In this document: positions 11,656-21,422 of the stretch, one piece after another | How the letters are laid out: every line of letters starts with the position of its first letter | How positions within the stretch are numbered: position 1 is the first letter of the stretch | Sequence record: OR228459.1 | Strand: one strand, 5' to 3' | DNA length: 64,000 bases | Notes under the pieces: generated by a model | The model's input: the letters and a program-made list of their open reading frames with translations, nothing else | Databases searched by the model: none | What the model was told of the DNA's origin: nothing | Program-made: the position numbers and the translations under genes

Positions 11656-11955
11656 ATGAGTGATGAATACAATGACGGTTATAATGACGGTTATGATGCC
11701 GCCAGAAACGAATGCTATAAGGATGCGTTCGAAGAAGGAAAAGATACTGGTCATTCTGAAGGATACGATGAAGGTCTTGAGGACGGAAAAGAAGAAGTAC
11801 GTAATGAATTAACCGCCCAAATTGATGATCTTCTATATAATTTTAGAGATAAATTACAAGAATACCGTTTTACCATTAAAACGTTGATGGAAGAAAATAG
11901 AAAGCTAAGGAAAGAGAATGCAACAATTACACGATCTATACAAAAAAGTACTTGA
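11656..11955 (+). CDS. GxxxG-repeat (FliH/Yae1-like) coiled-coil protein
   Basis: DGYNDGYDAA...EGKDTGHSEGYDEGLEDGKEE; GAGGT RBS before ATG 11656. Confidence 0.65.
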   Translation: MSDEYNDGYNDGYDAARNECYKDAFEEGKDTGHSEGYDEGLEDGKEEVRNELTAQIDDLLYNFRDKLQEYRFTIKTLMEENRKLRKENATITRSIQKST

Positions 11956-12850
11956 AACTGGTAGCTATAGTGAAGATCGAACTGGAACTGGCACAATTAA
12001 ACTAATTGGTCAACAGATGCGATTCAATCTACAAGACGGTTTTCCTGCGACGACTACAAAACGTCTAGCATGGAAAGCTATGTCGTCGGAACTACTTTGG
12101 TTCTTAGAAGGTTCCCAAGATGAACGTCGGCTATGTGAAATTCTACATGGAACACGCGATCCTGAAAAACGCACAATTTGGACAGATAACTTTGAAAACC
12201 AAGGTCGTGCATTAGGCTACATAGATGGCAATCTAGGGCCAGTCTATGGTAAACAATGGCGTGAATGGGAAGATGTTATTATTCTACCCGGAATTTACAA
12301 CGAAGTTACTAGACATACTGATATGGGATATTCTTTAGTAGAACGTACTATTAGTGGTATGTATGTAATGAAACGTGTAATTGATCAAATTGAAGTACTA
12401 ATTGATGGTTTAAAAAATGATCCATATGGTCGTCGCCACATTCTATCCGCATGGAATGTTGGTGAACTTGATAAAATGGCTCTACCCCCATGTCATAGTT
12501 TCTCTCAATTCTTTGTGGTTGATGGAAAACTATCTTGTACTTTATACCAAAGATCATCAGATCTATTCCTAGGAGTGCCATTTAATATCGCAAGCTATTC
12601 TCTATTAACTCACATGCTAGCACAAGTTTGTGATCTAGAAGTAGGTGAATTTGTTTGGATGGGTGGTGATTGTCACATCTATCAAAATCATGTAGAACAA
12701 GTTAAAGAGCAACTTTCTCGTACACCTAAAGAACTACCGACGCTATGGATGGATAAATCAATCACTGATATTGATTCGTTTACTATGAGTTCATTCAAAT
12801 TGGAAAATTACAACCCTGATGCTATTATCAAAGCACCAATGGCTGTATAA
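11918..12850 (+). CDS. thyA: Thymidylate synthase (ThyA type), no intron
   Basis: DRTGTGT, ELLWF, ALPPCH, YQRSSD.FLGVPFNIASY, GDCHIYQNH. Confidence 0.97.
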   Translation: MQQLHDLYKKVLETGSYSEDRTGTGTIKLIGQQMRFNLQDGFPATTTKRLAWKAMSSELLWFLEGSQDERRLCEILHGTRDPEKRTIWTDNFENQGRALGYIDGNLGPVYGKQWREWEDVIILPGIYNEVTRHTDMGYSLVERTISGMYVMKRVIDQIEVLIDGLKNDPYGRRHILSAWNVGELDKMALPPCHSFSQFFVVDGKLSCTLYQRSSDLFLGVPFNIASYSLLTHMLAQVCDLEVGEFVWMGGDCHIYQNHVEQVKEQLSRTPKELPTLWMDKSITDIDSFTMSSFKLENYNPDAIIKAPMAV

Positions 12851-12854
12851 AAAG

Positions 12855-12883
12855 AAAAAAAGGAGCCAAACGGCTCCTTTTTT
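12855..12883. terminator. Bidirectional terminator between convergent genes
   Basis: A7-GGAGCC-AAAC-GGCTCC-T6. Confidence 0.9.
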
Positions 12884-12884
12884 A

Positions 12885-14837
12885 TTATCTGTATGTGATG
12901 ATTAATCGTCCCTCGAAACGCCAATCTGGTGTTCTAGGGATTGAAACCGTTGCACTTGCAGTTCCAATAGATATACTATCAACTTCAACTTGACTATAAT
13001 TGCTTCCATTAAGTTCTTGTACTTGAATACTTTGAATATTAGCATTAGGTACGGTAATAGTATAATAATTACCATTTTCCACCCATGTAGAGGTTGTAAA
13101 TGCTTGTTCAACCCCACCACCACTAACTGTAGTCCATGCACCATTTGATTTCTGCATTACTGTATTACGTTGAGTACTATAAGCGATCATGCCATCTTCA
13201 CCGACTGCATTATCTACTGGATTAAGAATTGGTAGTTTAACACCGTACTGATTGAATTTCGTCCTTACCGTATCACCATCATTAATAGTAACGTCAGCCT
13301 TATTTGTTGGGTTAATATTAAGTACAGTTTCAGTTTGTGTAATGACAGTTGGTGATGTATTATTTTCAAATGTAAATGTACCAGCATTCATTAAAGAAAT
13401 ATTTTTTAATCTATTACTGGTTCCGTTAAACGTTGTATTTGCCTGAAAAGTACTAACAGAATTTATAGTTAATGTATTGGACGCATTTGTACCAATAATA
13501 ACATTACCTTTTAAGTTGGTATTTTTCTCAACAACTAAATCACCACCAATAGTAATAGTTCCGTCGATGTTCACTGCACCGTGGAATAAACTTAAAGAAT
13601 CTTTAAATTCAACTTGGTTTTTAGATTTAACACTAAAAGTAATAGTATCATTAATACCAGTAATTCCCGGATTAGAAGTATTACCAGCACCTTGGAATTG
13701 AAATGCTGGATTATTAGATGGATTTACATTAGTGGCTTCTAGAATAGTTAAACCTATATCATTAATACGTACTTTTTCTGTACCATTACTACTAAAACCA
13801 ATACTTCCTGCCGCTTGGCGGAAAATACCAGTCTTTGAATCAGTCCATTCGCTTGGAATCATCCCGCTATTTAAATCAGGATCACTATTACCATCATTAA
13901 ACGCAATAGACGGGGCTGTGGCGGTTCCGTATGTGATACCTAACCGACCTGAACCCACCGATCCATCGTTGGTCATGGAGTCTCCTGTGCGACGTAGACC
14001 ATATATAATCATGTTATCAACGACTGCTTGTGTTGATGCTGAGTTAGTAATGAATGGACGCTTTACAGAACGCATTACTGTACTATCAAATGATACAGAA
14101 GATGCCATAATACTAACGCGACTTTGACGTAGACGTTGAATACTAGTTGAAGTATAAATTACCCAATCTGAATCGGATAGAGCTAATTCTGCTGAAGGAT
14201 CATTGTTGTTATTAAATGCAGTAGTTAAATTTACATCACCATTAGCTAGTGCTAAAATGCCAGCATGTCCAGTACTAGGAATACTTGCAGTGATAAATCT
14301 GGCAAATGCATATGTTACTACAGTGTTTGTGCCGGTACTTGGATCTTTGCCGATATAGTACTTAATTTGTATCCAATTCCCACCTGCATTAGTTTGCGTA
14401 AAGATAACAAATGGTGCAGTTGTTGGGTTTTCTGCAAGGTGTTTAGATGCGTAATCTTGTATTGATCTAACAATAAAGTACTGACCACTTAAAGAACTTG
14501 CAGGGGCTGGTAACGCTGCGTAAGTAAATGGTGGATCGATATCATCCTGTATAGGGTCAAAAGTTCCTTTATATACCATTCCACTAGTAACTGATTCTGG
14601 AAGTTGGGATACTAATAGACGACCATTATCATCTAAATTAGCAAAGCGGCGATATGCAACTGTGCCATCGTCGAAATCTATGACACCTTCAAACGCTTTC
14701 CAACCTTTATTATAGCGAATCATACCACTACGAATAGCATCTTGTGTAGATTTTGTTTGTGCTTTTGGTAATTCAAGATATGCATTACTATCAATAATTA
14801 CACCATTGGCACCTTTTATTCTTTGTATACTAGTCAT
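12885..14837 (-). CDS. Virion structural / tail fibre-like protein
   Basis: 650 aa, T/S/G/N-rich, fibre-type motifs (APSIAF...TGIF...SIGFS.NG.E); GAGGA RBS; TAAATA upstream. Confidence 0.65.
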   Translation of the reverse strand: MTSIQRIKGANGVIIDSNAYLELPKAQTKSTQDAIRSGMIRYNKGWKAFEGVIDFDDGTVAYRRFANLDDNGRLLVSQLPESVTSGMVYKGTFDPIQDDIDPPFTYAALPAPASSLSGQYFIVRSIQDYASKHLAENPTTAPFVIFTQTNAGGNWIQIKYYIGKDPSTGTNTVVTYAFARFITASIPSTGHAGILALANGDVNLTTAFNNNNDPSAELALSDSDWVIYTSTSIQRLRQSRVSIMASSVSFDSTVMRSVKRPFITNSASTQAVVDNMIIYGLRRTGDSMTNDGSVGSGRLGITYGTATAPSIAFNDGNSDPDLNSGMIPSEWTDSKTGIFRQAAGSIGFSSNGTEKVRINDIGLTILEATNVNPSNNPAFQFQGAGNTSNPGITGINDTITFSVKSKNQVEFKDSLSLFHGAVNIDGTITIGGDLVVEKNTNLKGNVIIGTNASNTLTINSVSTFQANTTFNGTSNRLKNISLMNAGTFTFENNTSPTVITQTETVLNINPTNKADVTINDGDTVRTKFNQYGVKLPILNPVDNAVGEDGMIAYSTQRNTVMQKSNGAWTTVSGGGVEQAFTTSTWVENGNYYTITVPNANIQSIQVQELNGSNYSQVEVDSISIGTASATVSIPRTPDWRFEGRLIITYR

Positions 14838-14868
14838 TAAAAATTCCTCGGAATATGCTCATATTACT

Positions 14869-14874
14869 TATTTA
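14869..14874 (-). promoter_or_regulatory. T4-type late promoter TAAATA
   Basis: Intergenic, ~30 nt upstream of the start at 14837. Confidence 0.6.
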
Positions 14875-14894
14875 CCCAATTTATAAAAAAATAA

Positions 14895-14917
14895 AAGCCG
14901 ACAATTTATGTCGGCTT
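14895..14917 (-). terminator. Intrinsic terminator
   Basis: AAGCCGACA/TGTCGGCTT stem with a T-rich tail on the minus strand. Confidence 0.75.
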
Positions 14918-14924
14918 AATTAAG

Positions 14925-15041
14925 TTAAAATGCACGTTTTGTAGTCGTACCAACTAATAAAGTAACACCAAATGGAAAACTATTTAGTTCATTAGATGTA
15001 ATATCCCCATGAACCGTTACATCTGTCATAAAAGTATACAT
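14925..15041 (-). CDS. Unannotated 38-aa micro-ORF (MYTFMTDVTVHGDITSNELNSFPFGVTLLVGTTTKRAF)
   Basis: AAGGA RBS 7 nt upstream; fills the gap between two terminators; N-terminus resembles that of the 1560-aa fibre. Confidence 0.55.
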   Translation of the reverse strand: MYTFMTDVTVHGDITSNELNSFPFGVTLLVGTTTKRAF

Positions 15042-15053
15042 ATAGTTTTCCTT

Positions 15054-15078
15054 AAAAAAGTCGGCTATTACGCCGACT
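15054..15078 (-). terminator. Intrinsic terminator
   Basis: AGTCGGC/GCCGACT stem followed by T6 on the minus strand. Confidence 0.75.
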
Positions 15079-15086
15079 GTTATAAA

Positions 15087-15719
15087 TTATAGTTGGTGTT
15101 CATCCCACACAGCAGCAGAACGAATTGAGTCGTAATCATTTGCGGAATTGATTGAATCAATTAACTCAGCTTCTTTATCAAATAAGCCATCACGATAAGC
15201 AGCAATTGAAAGATAAAGTTCTTTAAGCTCTAACATCGACATATTTACATCTTCACCATTTGGTAATCGAATTGAAACAATTTCAATGGTCTGGTCTAAT
15301 AGTGATTCAATAATATATCCATGTAGTTCACATCGCCCATCATGAGAAATATCAAATACATGCTCACCGTGTTTATATTCACCGTTTGCAAGTTGACTTC
15401 GATAGGATCGAACACGATTTTTCATCTCTTCACGAATAACGTCCAAATCCATTAATTTGTATGTATAAGTATTAGTAACTTTACCTTCAACATCATCAAA
15501 CTTAACCTCTTTGGTGTCAAATTCGCGAAATTCGCCAGTGCCAATATATACGTCTTCCGATAACCAAAATCCATGTTCTAGACGCCCGGAGGCGTCTAGA
15601 TAAGAAATATTCCCAATAGTCACTTGAGTAATGGGGCTACGTTGGTTATATAGGCTAGTAAGATATTTAACAACTTCATACTGACCTTGTTCGTTTTTAA
15701 TTACAGCTACATAAGCCAT
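15087..15719 (-). CDS. Tail fibre assembly/chaperone-like protein (DUF4376-like C-terminus)
   Basis: Directly downstream of the long fibre gene; C-terminal helical pattern ending I..A...D.I....W. Confidence 0.55.
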   Translation of the reverse strand: MAYVAVIKNEQGQYEVVKYLTSLYNQRSPITQVTIGNISYLDASGRLEHGFWLSEDVYIGTGEFREFDTKEVKFDDVEGKVTNTYTYKLMDLDVIREEMKNRVRSYRSQLANGEYKHGEHVFDISHDGRCELHGYIIESLLDQTIEIVSIRLPNGEDVNMSMLELKELYLSIAAYRDGLFDKEAELIDSINSANDYDSIRSAAVWDEHQL

Positions 15720-15745
15720 TGATTTATTCCTCTTCTTGTGTTATA

Positions 15746-18700
15746 TTATAGATTACGTTGTGCAATGAACACATCGAGTTTATCACCAACACCACTGTAA
15801 ACTACTTGACAGATGGATACGGAGTTTGCTGCTTCGTTGATTTTAGAATCACCAATTAGACCAAACGGTGGAACCCAATTTATTGTGCAACCGCCCGCTG
15901 CTGGCTGAGTAACATAAATGAACCAAGAACCAGCATATCCTTGACGATATGGGAATGTTGGAATATCCAATGTTGGTTCAGATAAAGTAATGTTATACAC
16001 GTTACTAGAACCATCAGGTGTCCATGATGCACCAACAACTTCAGACGCTGCGGCTTTAACTTCGTATTTGCTAGTTGTTACAGAACTTGTTACTAGATCA
16101 GCAATATCAGTATTTAGAGTACCAGTAATGGTTACATCCTTAGCAGTAATAGAACCAGTACTTTCAAGATCTACAAACGTTGCTTTACCCGTAAATCCAC
16201 TTTCACCACTTACAGTTAGTGAACTAATAGTAGTTGCAGCTAATGTAGTTGCACCAGTAACTTCTAAAGTACCACCAACAGTAGTATCACCAGTAACACC
16301 AAGTGAAGTAGTTACTTTGGCAGAATCTAATGTTGCTAAACCGGTGGTAGTAATAGTATCTGAAGTTGTACCACCTGTTACACTAACACCAGCAGAAGCT
16401 GTCACTTTACCACCAAATGAAGATGTAGAAGTAATTTCAGCAGTTGCGGCTTTAACAAAAGTAGAAGCAGTAACAGACTGAGCAACAACGTCAGATGTTG
16501 ATTGGTCTAGTGTACCGATAATTTTACCTTGTACTGTGAAGTTACCAGTACATACTGTATTACCATTAATTTGTAGGTTGTTATTCTCAGAACCAACATC
16601 ACCAATGATAGCAGATGCCATAGTACTTTGACCGATAACATTTAAAGTTGTACCAACCGTTACATCAGCAGATGTTGTAACCTGACGTGGTGCAATAGAA
16701 CGACCAGTTAAGTCAAGGTCAGCAGTGATTAGACCATCAACATCGATATTACCACTAATATGGACGTCACCGCCAATTTCAGCAATATATTTCGCTTCAT
16801 CCCAAGTTAGAGTACCAACATGTAGATTATCAGTTTTAGTTTTCTTCAATGTGGTGTTTGCACCGTTTACTGTTAAGTTATCAGTTAGAGTAGTAGTACC
16901 CGTAACAGTTAAGTTATTACCAACGGAAACATCACTTAGTTTACTTTCACCAGAAACATTTAAAGTTCCAGTAATAGAATGATTACCTGAGTTAACACCA
17001 GCTAGTGTACTTAGACCTGTAACATTTAAGGTTGTGCCAATAGATGCACCAGATGCTAGTGTAATACTATTTGCTTCAATATCTGCACCAGTTAGGTCTA
17101 AACCACCTTGAGGTAGTAGGATACCTTCAATTGATAGATTTCCCTTAACTACCGCGTTTGTTGCAATTTCCGCAGAATTAAGAGTTGCTTTACCAGTTGT
17201 GCTTAGTGTACCCGCAGTTGCTGAAGTAGCTGATAGATCAGCAAGTGTAGTTGCACCAGATACATTTAATGTGGTAGTTACAGTTGCAGAATTTAGAGTA
17301 CTAGAACCAGCATTTAAACCAGCAAGCGTAGTTGCACCAGTTACATTTAATGTACCACTAATTTTCGGAGAACCAGTAATAATTCCGGTTGTTAGTACTA
17401 GATCTGCACCAACTGTAGTATTTCCGGTACTTGCTAGAGATGCAGCCTGTAGATTAGTTGCACTTAGATCGAATTGACCATCAACGGTTAAATCACCAGC
17501 AACGTGTGCATTACCTAGAGAATCTAGAGATTTAACAGATACATCAGTTGTACTTAAATCAATAACACCAGCAGTTAATGTACCAGACACGGCTAGATCG
17601 CCAGTTACTGAAGTATTTTTATCAATTGCAACAGTACTATTAGTTGATGTAATATTACCATTGATTGTTGCATCACCAGTTACAGTTGCAGATTCTAACA
17701 CACTTGCACCAGCGGTGAGACCAGCAAGAGTGGTATTACCAGTTGCAGTTAATGTTCCAACTTTAGAAGTTGTTGCATTCAAATCTGTGACAGTTGCATT
17801 TGCAATTGTTGCAGTAGTTGAAGATAATACAGGGAATGTGTTAGTCTTAACAGTATCAGATGCAGTGAAACTAATAGCTGTTACATCAGCACCAGTTAAG
17901 TCAACTGTTCCACCGACTGATAGGTTACCGTCGAATGATGCGTTTTCAGTTGTATGAATTGATTTTGCTTCAATATCTACTGAACTTAAATCAAGAGCAC
18001 CAGCTAAAACTAGAGTACCATTAACAGTTAGATCACCGGAAGCGGTAGTATTGTTTGATAATGTAATACCATCAGCATTTGTAATAGTTGCAGTCTGAAC
18101 TGAACCAGCAGTAACTTTACCACTTGCAGATAGATCTTTAACAACTGATTGACCAGTTACGGTAAGGTCTGTTGCATCAATTTCGGTTGCCGTTATTGTA
18201 TTAGAGTTTAATACAGGTAGTTTGCTAGCATTAACCAAATCAGTTGAAGTTACAATACCCGGAGTAGTTAAGGATTTAACACTAACATCAGCAGAAGATA
18301 AATCTACAGTACCAGTAACAACCAAATCGCCGCCGATATTTGCATTACCAGTAGTAGTAATAGATTGTGATGCAATATCAGTTTGTGATAGATCAAGATT
18401 GCCCGGAATGAGAGTTCCAGTTACTGTTAGATCACCTACAGTTGTTTTACCCGTTACATTTAACGTACCACCGATTGTTGCGTTATTTGTAACATCTAGT
18501 GCTACATCAGAACCAGTAAATTGTGCAGATGGTGCAGAAATGTTACCAGTTGCTGTAATAGTACCAGCGGAATTTAGTTTATTAACTTGAACCGCAGCCC
18601 CAGCGTCACCACTAATAGTACCTTTTACTGTCACGCCTTGTAATGTACTTGCACCTGAAACTTCTAGAGTTGCTGATTTAACATAAGTTGTAGAAGTTAC

Positions 18701-20428
18701 GGAATTAGGAGCAATATCTAGACCATCTACGTTAGCTTCAGCAGTTACACCAGTAACGGAACCAGTTACTACTAAATCTTTGACGGTTACAGTTTGACCA
18801 GTTACATTTACATCACCACCAAAAGAGGCATTTCCGGTTACAGATGCAGTACCACCTACAGTTAGGTCTGTTCCAACTTTAGTTGTAGTTTTAGATTCTA
18901 GAGTTTCACCAACAACACCAGCAACAGTTGTTACTGAGTTTGGTGTTAGGTCTTGACCAGAAACATCAACAGTTAGACCAGTTACAGTACCTGTGAAATC
19001 AACATCACCAAGAATTGACTTACCAGTTACTTCCAATTGTGGTGATGCAGTACCAATAGTACTATTACCAGCAATTTTTAAGTAATCAATAGTTGCTTTA
19101 CCAATAGCATGTAGACCTTCAGTACCACCAACAACACCTATTTCAGCGGAATTAGTTTTTAGATCTTTACCAAGGAAGTTGTTAGAACTAATTTGATATG
19201 GCTCAATACTAGATTTAATATCAGTTGGGCGATTCTCATCGGAATAAGCAAATTGAATAATACCGTGATTACCACCAGTGCCATCTCGAACAGTAATAGT
19301 ACTGAATGATGCGATAGAGGTTGTAGAACCAGTAATGTTTCCACCTACGGATACACCACCCTGTAGTTGAGATAAACCAGAAACAGTTAGAGAATCTACA
19401 TTTAGATCACTAAAGGATAGACCTGTTACAGAACCAGTAATTTCTAAATCACCAACAGTTGTTTTACCAGTGAAAACTGATTTACCAGCAACTTGTAGTT
19501 GGGTTTGATCACCAATAGTACTGTTACCAGTAATGTTTAGATAATCAATGTTTGCTCTACCGATAGCATGTAGACCTTCAGTGCCACCAACAACACCTAT
19601 TTCAGCAGCATTAGATTTGATATTTTTACTTAGGAAATAGTTAGAACTAATTTGATATGGTTCAACACTTGATTTAATATCAGTTGGACGAGATGGGTCA
19701 GCATAATCGAAATCGATAATAGCATCAGCACCACGCATATATAGGTGTTTTAGGTTCATAGTACTATTAGATGCGGTAATATTACCGGTAATAGTTGTAG
19801 TACCTTTAATGTTTACGTTGTTTAGATCACTTAATTGTGCTACTTTAATGCTGTTAAAGTTGCCAGCATCCATTGTGTAGTTACCTGAAAGTGTACCGTT
19901 AATAACAACATCACCAAAGGTACTTGCACCTGTAACATTTAGTGTTCCACCGATTACTGAATCACCATTTACTTTTAATATATCAGTTTCTAAATCTTTC
20001 ATCGTAGCTTTTGTACCAGTTCCCATTACTAGGTCACCGTTTAATTGAGATTCACCAGCTACGGTTAATGAATCAACGGAAGTTGCTTTAAATGCAGCAG
20101 TTCCGGTAGTTTGTGTGACGTTACCGTTTAAAGTCACAGGTGCATCAAATGTGCTTGTGGCTTTTACATTTAGTGTATCTGTACTTGCATCGCCTAATGT
20201 GGTATTACCGGATACTGAGACAGTAGTTAGTGCTGCTGTTCCAGTAGATGTAATATCTTTAAGGTTAGCTGTTCCAGAAACGTCAATTTGGGTAAACGTT
20301 GCATGAGCAAAGTCAACAGTACCTTCAACTTTAAGATCACCTTTAACGACAGCATTACCTTTAACAAGTAGATCTTTATTGATTGTACCATTCCCAGAAA
20401 CGTCTAGATCAGTTTTAATAGAATACAT
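15746..20428 (-). CDS. Long tail fibre-like protein with many short beta repeats
   Basis: 1560 aa, T/V/G/S-rich, dozens of T.GGTLNVTG-type repeats, distinct ~90-aa C-terminal domain. Confidence 0.75.
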   Translation of the reverse strand: MYSIKTDLDVSGNGTINKDLLVKGNAVVKGDLKVEGTVDFAHATFTQIDVSGTANLKDITSTGTAALTTVSVSGNTTLGDASTDTLNVKATSTFDAPVTLNGNVTQTTGTAAFKATSVDSLTVAGESQLNGDLVMGTGTKATMKDLETDILKVNGDSVIGGTLNVTGASTFGDVVINGTLSGNYTMDAGNFNSIKVAQLSDLNNVNIKGTTTITGNITASNSTMNLKHLYMRGADAIIDFDYADPSRPTDIKSSVEPYQISSNYFLSKNIKSNAAEIGVVGGTEGLHAIGRANIDYLNITGNSTIGDQTQLQVAGKSVFTGKTTVGDLEITGSVTGLSFSDLNVDSLTVSGLSQLQGGVSVGGNITGSTTSIASFSTITVRDGTGGNHGIIQFAYSDENRPTDIKSSIEPYQISSNNFLGKDLKTNSAEIGVVGGTEGLHAIGKATIDYLKIAGNSTIGTASPQLEVTGKSILGDVDFTGTVTGLTVDVSGQDLTPNSVTTVAGVVGETLESKTTTKVGTDLTVGGTASVTGNASFGGDVNVTGQTVTVKDLVVTGSVTGVTAEANVDGLDIAPNSVTSTTYVKSATLEVSGASTLQGVTVKGTISGDAGAAVQVNKLNSAGTITATGNISAPSAQFTGSDVALDVTNNATIGGTLNVTGKTTVGDLTVTGTLIPGNLDLSQTDIASQSITTTGNANIGGDLVVTGTVDLSSADVSVKSLTTPGIVTSTDLVNASKLPVLNSNTITATEIDATDLTVTGQSVVKDLSASGKVTAGSVQTATITNADGITLSNNTTASGDLTVNGTLVLAGALDLSSVDIEAKSIHTTENASFDGNLSVGGTVDLTGADVTAISFTASDTVKTNTFPVLSSTTATIANATVTDLNATTSKVGTLTATGNTTLAGLTAGASVLESATVTGDATINGNITSTNSTVAIDKNTSVTGDLAVSGTLTAGVIDLSTTDVSVKSLDSLGNAHVAGDLTVDGQFDLSATNLQAASLASTGNTTVGADLVLTTGIITGSPKISGTLNVTGATTLAGLNAGSSTLNSATVTTTLNVSGATTLADLSATSATAGTLSTTGKATLNSAEIATNAVVKGNLSIEGILLPQGGLDLTGADIEANSITLASGASIGTTLNVTGLSTLAGVNSGNHSITGTLNVSGESKLSDVSVGNNLTVTGTTTLTDNLTVNGANTTLKKTKTDNLHVGTLTWDEAKYIAEIGGDVHISGNIDVDGLITADLDLTGRSIAPRQVTTSADVTVGTTLNVIGQSTMASAIIGDVGSENNNLQINGNTVCTGNFTVQGKIIGTLDQSTSDVVAQSVTASTFVKAATAEITSTSSFGGKVTASAGVSVTGGTTSDTITTTGLATLDSAKVTTSLGVTGDTTVGGTLEVTGATTLAATTISSLTVSGESGFTGKATFVDLESTGSITAKDVTITGTLNTDIADLVTSSVTTSKYEVKAAASEVVGASWTPDGSSNVYNITLSEPTLDIPTFPYRQGYAGSWFIYVTQPAAGGCTINWVPPFGLIGDSKINEAANSVSICQVVYSGVGDKLDVFIAQRNL
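19077..19700. repeat. Degenerate direct repeat (~165 bp, 459 bp apart) within the fibre gene
   Basis: RPTDIKSS.EPYQISSN.FL.K..K.N.AEIGVVGGTEGLHAIG.A.IDYL occurs twice; DNA identity visible (GCATGTAGACCTTCAGT at 19107 and 19566). Confidence 0.9.
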
Positions 20429-20469
20429 GAAATCCCTCCGTTGGAATTGTTAACTATTATTGTTACGTG

Positions 20470-20475
20470 TATTTA
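20470..20475 (-). promoter_or_regulatory. T4-type late promoter TAAATA
   Basis: Intergenic, upstream of the fibre gene. Confidence 0.6.
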
Positions 20476-20494
20476 TTTTTTGTTTGGATAAAAT

Positions 20495-20520
20495 ATCCAG
20501 AACACGCTAATGTTCTGGAT
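20495..20520. terminator. Hairpin, probable terminator
   Basis: ATCCAGAACA-CGCTAA-TGTTCTGGAT, perfect 10-bp stem. Confidence 0.6.
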
Positions 20521-20527
20521 TTTTATT

Positions 20528-21409
20528 TTATTTCCCGCTTATTACAACTTTACCACTAAATGGTACGTATGATTTGAATGTAACGTTGCCACTAGAATCG
20601 ATAATACTATCTGTGGTTATTAAGGAATAAGGTGCGACACCAGTTGCTCCATCAACTACGTTTTCGTAAATTGCTAGATATAGTGGGCCGGACTCTTGTT
20701 GGTGAATACTTGAAGGTACGGATAGTACATACATATCTCCACTTTGCACCCATTGGGCTTTATTGATTGGATTACTATAAGGTGTAGTCATAGTAGTTGC
20801 TCCTATAAGTTTGATGGTGAGATATTCCATTGGTCGTTCAATAGTTTTTAAAGTTATATTACCGATATCATCAAGTAATACTTCAGTCTGGAAACTATTA
20901 CCAGTGGAATCTTGTAGCTGGACTAGAACACCAGCACCGCGATTATGAATATTCTCTGGAAGTACATAGGTATACGTATTGCCGGAGCCGTTGAAATCAG
21001 TAGGTGAAACAATATGAGATGTTACATAATCAGAATCAGTAGGCGGTACTGGTTCACTGAAAGGTTTCCACTTCCCTTCATCTTTGATGTATATTTGAAC
21101 GATATAGTCATCGTCTACTTGGATATATACATCACCGTCTTCACCTAAACTAATATCAGGTTCAGAACGTCCACGTAAAATTGGGTTGGCCCCGCCACCA
21201 CCGCCACCACCATGTGTATTAAAATACCCAAGGGTTACTGCATGGGAAGGTTCCACTGGATCAGCGACACTCATTGGAATTAGTCGCGTTCCTTGATAGT
21301 TTTGTACTTTGATAGTACTGATTGATTCGTCATACGTAAAACGTCCACCGTTTTTACCTAGTATGAACGACTTCTTCATAGTTCCATCTAAGTTTGAAAA
21401 AATTGCCAT
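20528..21409 (-). CDS. Virion structural protein
   Basis: 293 aa; DPVEPSHAVTLGY stalk-like motif, G6 linker, GRSEP...GEDGDVYI motif; AAGGAG RBS. Confidence 0.65.
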   Translation of the reverse strand: MAIFSNLDGTMKKSFILGKNGGRFTYDESISTIKVQNYQGTRLIPMSVADPVEPSHAVTLGYFNTHGGGGGGGANPILRGRSEPDISLGEDGDVYIQVDDDYIVQIYIKDEGKWKPFSEPVPPTDSDYVTSHIVSPTDFNGSGNTYTYVLPENIHNRGAGVLVQLQDSTGNSFQTEVLLDDIGNITLKTIERPMEYLTIKLIGATTMTTPYSNPINKAQWVQSGDMYVLSVPSSIHQQESGPLYLAIYENVVDGATGVAPYSLITTDSIIDSSGNVTFKSYVPFSGKVVISGK

Positions 21410-21422
21410 CTTCTATGTCTCC

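Noticed and set aside
11918-12850. Possible intron or hydroxymethylase identity for thyA
   Set aside because: The ORF is continuous and retains the dUMP-specific Asn; only a short in-frame loop insertion is present.
15990-18590. Several plus-strand ORFs of 85-163 aa opposite the long fibre gene
   Set aside because: Antisense shadows of a gene rich in ACT/GTT/GGT codons; no RBS or promoter.
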